Part shown: piece by piece, positions 54,141 to 64,000 of the stretch
How the letters are laid out: every line of letters starts with the position of its first letter
How positions within the stretch are numbered: position 1 is the stretch's first letter
Assembly: GCA_951406725.2 (NCBI GenBank)
Contig: OX597815.1
Coordinates: forward strand, 163,308,001-163,372,000
Source: Octopus vulgaris
Lineage: Eukaryota
Direction: 5' to 3'
Length of the DNA: 64,000 nt
Made by a program: the position numbers and the translations under genes
Notes under the pieces: model-generated
Seen by the model: the letters and a program-made list of their open reading frames with translations, nothing else
Told to the model about the DNA's origin: nothing
Databases searched by the model: none

Positions 54141-55649
54141 CGTAGTTTTAATTATATCTTTATACACGCACATACAAAAAAAATCTAGCACACTGTCGGT
54201 TACGACAATCACAAGTATCCAAAACTTCTTCACCACTCTTCCAACTCCATTTTTCCTCTTAAAAAGAAGGCTTTCGTCTTCTTGGACTATATATCATACC
54301 ACTGTACAGCTGTGATTGTCTGCTAATATTGCTGATGGACATGCAACGTGTCTCTGGCACTTCACATATAAAGTCCAGGATTACATGAAAAAGTGTGAAA
54401 ACCGTCAAGTGACTTTCTTCCATAAAGGTATTAAAAAATTATCTGGAAATTATAAAGGGAAATGAAAGGTAGATTCGGACTGACAGTATTTTAAAAACAC
54501 AAATTTAAAAAAAATGGGGGTGGCGTTGCATAATCATATCAATTTCATTATGCAGAAGACAGAATCGAAAAAAAATTGTAAAAACTCGTAAGAATACAAA
54601 AGTTATGAGGGGTTTTAGCACGTGCTTACATCATAATTCCGCCCATTTATATATATAAATGTGTGCGTGTGCGTGTGTGTGTGTGTGTGTGTCTTTGCTA
54701 GTGTCTGTTTTCCGTTAGTTTTTGTTTACTCATACACATCAACAAATGAACCAATGAGGTACTCTCTGTGTAGTTGTTCAATTTGCTAGAAATGACAGCC
54801 AAATCTCCCTCATACTATGCTCTTGTTAGTATTAAGGAAAGGGAAAATGTTTACTCCTCTCCATCATTATGATTAAAATGAATATTTTTGATTTTGTTCT
54901 GTTGTATGAATTTAATTTAAAAAACATTCTTCTGTTCATTGCTTGATACAGGAAATTAGAAAATCGTGACCAAAGCAGAGGAATTCTAACTTAATAAAAA
55001 ATATAGAAAGTGAAAGAAAAGGTTCTGTTTTCCAAAACAAAAAAGATGTGTTTTTAGCTGGGGTGTAAATTTATAATTAAAACAAATTCAAAATTTAAAT
55101 TCAGAACATAAGACTTACCATGTTATCTGGTGTATAGCCGTAGTTCAAATGGGTACAAAACTTAAAACAAATGTGTGTGTGAGGTTGGGTTTTTAATAGT
55201 CAGAGGTCAATTTAAGTTCAATCACAGAAAGGAATTCAAAACGGTAACACACGCAATCATATACATACAAACATACCCATACATACACACACATGCACAA
55301 ATACATACCTATCTGCCACTCCCAAAAGTCAATTCTGACCACAAATTCTTTATATATTTTCACACAAACACACACACACACGCTCCCCCTCTCCACACAT
55401 ACACAAACCTTCAGCTTTTTGCTTTTATTTATTCATTACTTTTTTTCTTTTAATCGTCTTTTAGTTTTTGTTTTTGTCTTAAGGGTTTCACTTTAGCGAC
55501 ACCAGTTACACAAAGTACCAGTTACACAAAGTACCTGGCGCCCTTTGATCTACATCTTGCATGGACAGACTTCGAAATTCCCCGAAAAGCTTTGTGCATT
55601 ACCTTTCTGAGTATACGAGGTAAAAACACGTCTAAGTAGGGCAACAGCG

Positions 55650-55887
<238 letters not shown>

Positions 55888-55919
55888 GCACTGGCTTCGC
55901 TAGCATGCACATAAATTAC

Positions 55920-55981
55920 CTTTTTCCTCGTTTCCTTGTTCGACTTTCCGCTAATCAATTAGGTAAAATTCCAAATATTTC
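55920..55981 (-). other. Candidate 62-nt non-coding (5'UTR) exon
   Basis: Long polypyrimidine tract and ...gatctttacAG|G acceptor; AAG|GTAATT donor; stops in all three frames. Confidence 0.4.
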
Positions 55982-56553
55982 CTGTAAAGATCAAGTTTAA
56001 GAGAGAGAAAGAGAGAGAGAGAGTGAGAGAGCAAATGAGAAAGAGTGTAAATGAGAGAGGGAGGGACAGAGAAAGGGAAAGAGGTAGAAGGGAGTGGAAA
56101 CTATTTAAAACAATGAATTCCTTGAGAGAAAGAGAAAGAGGAAAGAAAGAAAGAAATAATGACAATGGCAAGAAATAAATAAAATAAAATAATCAACTAA
56201 AATGAAAAAAAGAAGAAAAAAACATACGAGAAATATATATATATAAATATAATGAATATCAATGCAACAAGAAGAACCACAAGTATCGCAAGAATAATAC
56301 AAATAAATAAATAAATAAATAAAAGAATGTAAAAAAAAGACAAGAAAGAAAAATGAAACCCTTTTCACAAGTGCAAGAAAAATGGCAGTACAAGCATGAA
56401 CGGTAGCGAATACAACAATAACAACAATAAAAAAGACACTACGTAAAATAAAAGCATTAACAGTAACGAGAATAAGAGTAACAATTGCACACACCCATAT
56501 CCGCCGCATACACATAGTTATACATACATATGTATTAATATATATATATATAC

Positions 56554-56584
<31 letters not shown>

Positions 56585-56607
56585 CATACATATATATATA
56601 TACATAT

Positions 56608-56681
<74 letters not shown>

Positions 56682-56690
56682 TATATACAA

Positions 56691-56721
<31 letters not shown>

Positions 56722-56770
56722 CATATATATACATATATATATACAAATATATATATACATATATATATAT

Positions 56771-56815
<45 letters not shown>

Positions 56816-57430
56816 CATAAATACACACATACATACATATGTGTATTTATATATATGTATATATATATATACATACATGCACGCTTTTTCTCGTGTATAC
56901 TTAGTCATAAATAATTACACATGCAAAATACGCTCTCAAATACGATCACTTACAATCACTGCCGCATTCCTATACACATTGAGCATATACACATATGCTC
57001 ACATGCTTATGCATTGTGCCTCTCGTACAGATATTTCCGTAGGGGAGAGTATAAAAAAAAAAAGAGAATGAAATATAGCATGAGAAGCCATATTAAGGTT
57101 GTTATCCATCTAATATGGCAGCAGCGACTTATCCATCCAAAACGGAGGAGAGCGGGAAAAATAGAGAGGAGTAGGAGGGAAAATGTTAGTGATGAATATA
57201 GAGTAGTAGAAAGAGAGAGGGGAAGGGGAGAGGGAGAGGTAGAGAGAGAGAGAGTGTGTGGATGAGGTTATATTTAAAAAAAAGAACAAAGAATTTTGAA
57301 TGTTAGCAGGAATGAGAAAAAAAACAACAAAAATGCAATCAACTATAACAACAATAACAACAACAACAATCATTATAACAACAAGGATATAATCAAATCC
57401 CACCATGCTTTCCCCCCGAAAGAGAGAGAA

Positions 57431-57488
<58 letters not shown>

Positions 57489-58439
57489 AGAAAACCAAAA
57501 CTGGAACTATAATATATGAGAAAGAGGAGAGTGAGAGAAGGTGTGGTGGGGGAGAAAATGAGAAAAAAAAATGATTGGTAAAAAGCAAAAAAAAAGAAAA
57601 AAAAGAAAAAAGAAAACAGAAAACAAAAAAAGAAAAATGGAACCTTTTCACGGCAGCCAGGACGCCATAATAGCAGCAAGCAACTGGCGTGTGTCTGACT
57701 AGATTGATACAAGACACAAGATACAAGCGACTTAAGACGATGCACATCGGAAAGTTAATGTGAAATGTTAGAAATGTAAGAAGCCGAAACACGACCGTTA
57801 TTAACGCGGAATCCTGCTTATCAATTCTTTAAAAGCTTTTTACGTTTCTCTGTTGAGTCGTTTGTCTTTCTGTTTTACAACCCAATTTACATCACCTCGC
57901 CTTTTGTTATAAGAACAACTCTATTCCTTTCAGTACTTCTTGTTCTTATTTTTTTTTCTTGTCTTTTACTGATCAATGCATTATGTACGCTTTGCTCTCA
58001 CTGCATTTCTATCCATTTTTACCTTTCTCTGTTTCAAACCGCTTGTCCTCTTCTCCATCCGTCTCTTTTTCTCCTTCTTCCTCCTTTAGCTTGCTTTCCT
58101 CTTTATTTTCCCCTCTTCACGATATCTTTCTTGCATTCTACTCTCCTCTAATTCTTTCCTTTTTATATTATCTTACACGATGTTTCCATCACCTCCATTT
58201 TCAAAGCGATCTTCACATTTTCACCTTCACACACACACGCACGCACGCACGCACACACGTATACACACAGGCACACAAACATAGTCATAGACATGTATAC
58301 ATACATGCAAACATATAAGCAAACTAAAGTTTGCATCACCAAGCAACAAGCAATTAGGAACCTAGTAAAACCATTCGGCTAAATGGACAAAGAGCAGAAA
58401 ACATAGAGCGCTTTCAAAATCTGGTAAGTCACCTATCAC

Positions 58440-59000
58440 AAAACACAGATATTTATGAAGAGTTCTAACACAAATTAAAATGTCCTAACGCAGCCTTCAG
58501 TCACCTGAGACGGTGAATATATGAAGATCATGAGCTGAAACATCCACAAGACTTATAGCATATAAGGCAATTGTTAGGCATAATTTTCTTTACAACTGTG
58601 AACTCTAGATAGACGACATTGTAATAGGATGCAGACATACTAGTAAAGATGTGTAAGGAAAACAAGGAAATGATTCTCATTGGTAGACGAAAATGAAGGA
58701 ATGTCAGCAAGCTAATTTCCCTAGCGATTAAATCAAGATTATAAGACATCACCTTCGATGGATTGGCCATGTCGTGCTGATAGAAAGCCATTCATTGCTC
58801 AGACAAATATTTTATTCTCAGCTGAATGAAGAAAAGTGTACGGGAGGCGGACAAGGGAAAGTTTCATTGACACATTTAAAGGAAATTTGAAAAAGCGTGT
58901 AGCATCAACACGTATAAGTGGGAACTTCTGGCGAATGAACAGCATTGGTAGAAACGGATCAGAAGAATTAAAAACCAACACATCGACGCAAAACTAATCG
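58440..59000 (+). mobile_element. RTE-clade LINE RT C-terminal relic
   Basis: STRLIAYKAIV...FLYNCE and RHHLRWIGHVVLIESHSLLRQIFYSQL...GGQ...KWELLA, matching the RTE LRW.GHV.RM...R.P.Q.LY..L pattern. Confidence 0.8.
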
Positions 59001-59134
59001 CATTTCAACGGCAAACGTGAACCTTTGTATCCTACAAAGATTTTTATAGTTACATAATACTCCATAAAAGTTAGCACAAAAATTGGTCAAACTAAAGGGT
59101 TTATTTAACCCGAGCAAAAATAAAAAAATAAAAA

Positions 59135-59630
59135 AATAGTGTAATAGGTATAAAACAACTTGCTCTAAACGAATATGAAAACAAAATGCGTGCTAGCGAA
59201 CGAGGGGTGGAGGAAAGGACTCGAAAAGTTCACACCACAACCAAAATCAAAAACAAAAAGAGTGTAATAGGTGTAAAACAACTTGCTCTAAACAAATATG
59301 AAAAAAAAATGCGCGCTCGCGAACGGGGAATGGGGGGAGAGGACTCGGAAAATTCACATCGTCAAACCTTGATCTTTAAACTCCAGTGTTTGATCCAAGC
59401 AGAAACAAGAAAAAACTAATAGTGTAATAGGTATAAAACAACATGTAGTAAACGAATATGAAAAAAAATGCGCGCTCGCGAACGGGGGAGGGGAATCGAA
59501 AAATTTCCATCGTGAATGTTCCGAGTCGTATCACCACAACCAAAAAGAATTTTTTTTAAATAGTGTAATAGATATACAACAACATGTAGTAAACAAATAT
59601 GAAAAAAAATGCGCACTGGCAAACATGGGG
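59135..59630 (+). repeat. Tandem array of four units of about 125-160 bp
   Basis: agtgtaatagRtRtaMaacaac...aaacRaatatgaaaa..aaaatgcg recurs at about 59135, 59258, 59417 and 59558. Confidence 0.85.
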
Positions 59631-59852
59631 TGTATATGCATACACACACATATGTCTGTGTGATTTGCATGCAATGTGCATATATACAGAGTGGGCTAGA
59701 AATAATTATATATAAATATATATACATACACACATACACACATACCTACATACATACATATGGATGTATACATATATGAGTGTGTATATACATATATACA
59801 CACACATATATATTATATATGTATATATGTATATATATATGTATATATATAC

Positions 59853-59924
<72 letters not shown>

Positions 59925-59928
<4 letters not shown>

Positions 59929-60062
59929 TTATATATATAAAACTGAGAATGTGTGTCTGTGTGTTTCCCTAAAACTTGAGAACTATACAACCAATTTCAT
60001 TCAAATTTTACACATGCCTTACTTAGGGTCCAGGGAGTGTCATCAGCAAAATTTTTTAAACT
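59925..60062 (+). mobile_element. Non-autonomous Helitron 5' end
   Basis: atctttatatatataaaactgagaatgtgtgtctgtgtg start of the same type as the Helitron at 10446. Confidence 0.55.
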
Positions 60063-60193
60063 AAATCTTGTAGGCTTCGCATAAAGGAATCGAGTAGCAT
60101 CGACCCCATGTACTCATTCAATCGGTCTCTTTTGTGAAAGCTGCTAATTTATGGGGACGTAAACATAACAAAATTAGTTCGCAAGCAATGTAC

Positions 60194-60256
<63 letters not shown>

Positions 60257-60265
60257 TAAATAATA

Positions 60266-61271
60266 CGGATTAAGTCGATTATATCGATTCCAGTGCGTTA
60301 CTGGTCTTATTTAATCGACCCCGAAAGGATGAAAGGCAAAGTTGACCTCGGCGGAATTTGAACTCAGAACGTAGCGGCAGACGAAATACCTATATCTTAA
60401 CTACCCACAAGGCGCTAAACATAGAGAGGACAAACAAGGACAGACAAACGGATTAAGTCGATTATATCGACCCCAGTGCGTAACTGGTATTTATTTAATC
60501 GATCCCGAAAGGATGAAAGGCAAAGTCTACCTCGGCGGAATTTGAACCCAGAACGTAGCGGCAGACGAAATACCGCAAAGCATTTCGCCGGCATGTTAAC
60601 ATTTCTGCCAGCTCGCCGCCTTAATTACGGAAATTATATATTTCTTCATTGCTCCCAGGAGGCTAAACATAGAGGAGACAAACAAGGACAGACAAAGGAA
60701 GTAAGTCGATTACACCAGCCCTAGTGCGTAACTGGTAACTTATTTAATAGACCCCGAAAGTATGGAAGACAAAGTCGACCTCAGCAGAATTTGAACTCGT
60801 AACGGAAGACGAAACACCGCTAAGCATTTCTCCCGGTGTGCTAACGATTCTGATATCTTTACTGCCCACAAGGGGCTACACAAAGAGGGGACAAACAAGG
60901 ACAGACAAACGGATTAAGTCGATTATATCGACATCAGTGCGTAACTGGTACTTATTTAATCGACCTCGAAAAGATGAAAGGCAAAGTTGACCTCGGCGGA
61001 ATTTGATCTCAGAACGTAACGGCAGACGAAATACCTATTTCTATTTCTTTACTACCCACAAGGGGCTAAACACAGAGAGGACAAACAAGGACAGACAAAC
61101 GGATGAAGTCGATTATATCGACCCCAGTGCGTAACTGCTACTTAATTTATCGACTCCGAAAGGATGAAAGGCAAAGTCGACCTCGGCGGAATTTGAACGC
61201 AGAACGTAACGGCAGACGAAATACCGCAAAGCATTTCGCCCGGTGTGCTAATGTTTCTGCCAGCTCGTCAC
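60266..61271 (-). mobile_element. SINE family A head-to-tail array, five units
   Basis: aagtcgatta...gacctcRgcRgaatttga...gacgaaa repeats at about 60266, 60449, 60698, 60910 and 61100. Confidence 0.92.
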
Positions 61272-62019
61272 CATACTTACAGAAATTATTGAAATATAGA
61301 TATTAGTGAACAAAGCACTCTTCACTTTTCCTATTGCATAATTATTGTCAATCAGGTTTTTGTAATGCTCTATCGCACTAAATATGTTAACACTAACTTA
61401 AGCATTGTTTTCCGTGTAGCTGGCATAGTTATTAATCTCCTCTCAGTGTTTTATTTATTTGCGAACAATAGTCTAAACGGAAATTTAATCGAAATTTTAG
61501 TGCAATCAATGTGCTACGCAACGCGTTTTACATGCTTCGGTTGAAGAAACGGAGGAGACAGCTAGGAAATTACACAACACCATCTTTTTTTTTTAAATAT
61601 ATCTTATACTTCACATCTATGCTCATGGAGAAAAACAAACAAAAAACAAAATGCAAAAACGAAACAATCCCCAAGACACACGCGGCTAAATGTTATGAAA
61701 GAACTTGAGAAGAGATTCCTCATAGTACTCCAATTTATTGACCTCCGCTTTCCGATTAAAATCCTGCCCATGTGGACCGTATCTTTCATCTGGATAGCGT
61801 CGATAAAGCAAATATCAATATAATGTTGCTACTGATTTAGTCGATATTATTATAGCTCTCCCTTCTAAATTTGAGAATTACCAATTTCAGACAAATCGAT
61901 AAGAATTTATTTCCCCTGATGCTTTCCATTATTTTTCTCCAATTTTCCATTGTATTCCATAAATATATATGTATGTATATGTATGTATGTATGTGTGTAT
62001 GTATGTATGTATGTATATG

Positions 62020-62053
<34 letters not shown>

Positions 62054-62209
62054 TATGTATGTATGTATGTATATGCGTGCACGCTAGCTCGCACGTTTAT
62101 ATACATTTATGTCTAACACACCCCCTTACACACGCACGCGCGCACACAATGTTTATGTTCCATAAACAAATACATATTGCATAAACATGTGTGTGTGTGT
62201 GTGTGTGCG

Positions 62210-62764
62210 CGCGCGCGTGGTTGAGTGGTAAGAAGTTTACTTCTCAAGCACATGGTACATAGCATCTTGGGGCAAGCATCTTATACTATAACCTCGGGCC
62301 ATCGAAAGACTTGTGAGTGAATTTGGTACACGGAAACTGAAAGATGCTCGTTTATATATATATATACTCTTACTCTTTACTCTTTTACTTGTTTCAGTCA
62401 TTTGACTGCGGCCATGCTGGAGCACCGCCTTTAGTCGAGCAAATCGATCCCAGGACTTTTTCTTACTCTATCGGGTATTTTTGCCGAACCGCTAAGTTAT
62501 GGGGACGCAAGCACACCGGCAGCGGTTGTCAAGCGATGTTGGGGGGACAAGCACAGACACACAAACATACAGACATATATATATATATACGACGGGCTTC
62601 TTTCAGTTTCCATCTACCAAATCCACTCACAAGGCTTTGGTCGGCCCGAGGCTAAAGACACTTGCCCAAGGTGCCACGCAGTGAGACTGAACCCGAAACC
62701 ATGTGGTTGGTAAGCAAGCTACTTACCACACAGCCACACCTGCGCCTATATATTAATATATATA

Positions 62765-62839
<75 letters not shown>

Positions 62840-62964
62840 TAATAATGATAACAGGAAGAATATTTTATAAGCTTAAAGCTTATAAGCAATCACCGTGCAA
62901 TGACTAAAGAAAACAGTCGCTTATAAGCTCTAAGAGTGTAAAATACTATTATTAATCGAATATA

Positions 62965-63022
<58 letters not shown>

Positions 63023-63126
63023 TTCCCCTGTGTGGTGCCGTGGGCAAATGTCTTCTAATACAGCCTCGGGCCGACCAAAGCCTTGTGTGTGAATTTGGTT
63101 GACGGAAACTGAAAGAAACATGTCGT
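62210..63126. mobile_element. Cluster of SINE B copies (+ 62210-62355, - 62370-62746, + 63020-63126)
   Basis: Family B head and tail sequences in both orientations. Confidence 0.85.
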
Positions 63127-63133
63127 ATATATA

Positions 63134-63931
63134 TATTATCAATAATAAAGGGTAAAATCAATTAATTATTAATTAATTTCACCAAGTAGTGTTCAGTATG
63201 TAAAAGGACCATTCAAGGCATATTGAAAATATTACGTTATATAATTAGGGCTCAGTAAAATAATTTACTTTGCCACATACTGAAATTTTTAGAAATAGCA
63301 GCCAAAACGTTTTTTTTTGCCATTTCTACTACTTTAAGAAAAGTCTCCCAGATAGTGTTTACTCAAAAATAATTCACGTAGATATGGAAGGAAAATAGCA
63401 AAATATCACATGTACAAAGATTATTTGAGAACGCTCACGTTTCTAGATTAGTCGAATTAAAACTCGACATTTCTTTCGCCAGCTCAACATTTCTTAATTT
63501 GGATTTGAAAGCACAAAAAAATTGAACATACCCGTCCGATATGAATCACCTCAGACAAACATCTCCAAACTGCCAGTGCCAGCAAATTCAAACAGTACGA
63601 GTGAAAATTCATGTTCTTCCCGCTTCCATCCACGTGAGTTATAGAGTAAACAGATTATAACGGTGAGAACCGCAGTAAAGGACAGGGAGAAAGGAATTGT
63701 ATTATCAATAATAAAGGGTAAAATCAATTAATTATTAATTAATTTCACCAAGTAGTGTTCAGTATGTAAAAGGACCATTCAAGGCATATTCAAAATATTA
63801 CGTTATATAATTAGGGCTCAGTAAAATAATTTACTTTGCCACATACTGAAACACTATCTGGGAGACTTTTCTTAAAGTAATAGAAATGGCTAAAAAAACT
63901 TTTTGGCTGCTATTTCTAAAAATTTCAGTAT
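63134..63931 (+). mobile_element. Element of about 800 bp with 152-bp near-identical direct repeats and an inverted 3' segment (pseudo-LTR-like)
   Basis: 63134-63285 matches 63700-63851 with one mismatch seen; 63277-63360 reappears inverted at 63849-63931. Confidence 0.8.
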
Positions 63932-64000
63932 AAACGTAGAACACAAATAAACGTAGAACACAACGAGAAACGAAAACATAAAAACAAACAAGGAAGCGGA

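Noticed and set aside
60266-61271. CRISPR-like regularly spaced repeats
   Set aside because: Whole units of about 184 bp or more are repeated with no unique spacers and no cas genes; these are SINE multimers in eukaryotic DNA

Overview
AT-rich, repeat-dense eukaryotic DNA with no complete host protein-coding gene. The tRNA-derived SINE families and the (TA)n/(CA)n/(TATG)n/(TAA)n microsatellite load resemble an Octopus-type cephalopod genome (inference). Main contents: (1) an APE-endonuclease + reverse transcriptase LINE ORF on the minus strand, stop-free for about 725 codons (3-2177) and absent from the ORF track, probably because it runs off the window edge; (2) a decayed Helitron Rep/PIF1 gene split cleanly by a mariner; (3) relics of mariner, hAT, piggyBac-type, Chapaev3, R4/Dong, RTE, Penelope-like (PLE) and possibly Gypsy elements; (4) about 30 SINE copies, some as head-to-tail multimers; (5) a few candidate minus-strand exons. 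The most notable signal is about 10 type I hammerhead-ribozyme-like motifs (CUGANGA...GAAA...NUH, often with a palindromic minimal helix III). They belong to several unrelated short modules, most next to (TA)n tracts, and point to a diverse population of PLE pseudo-LTR or retrozyme-like elements. All calls were made by eye and many boundaries are approximate.
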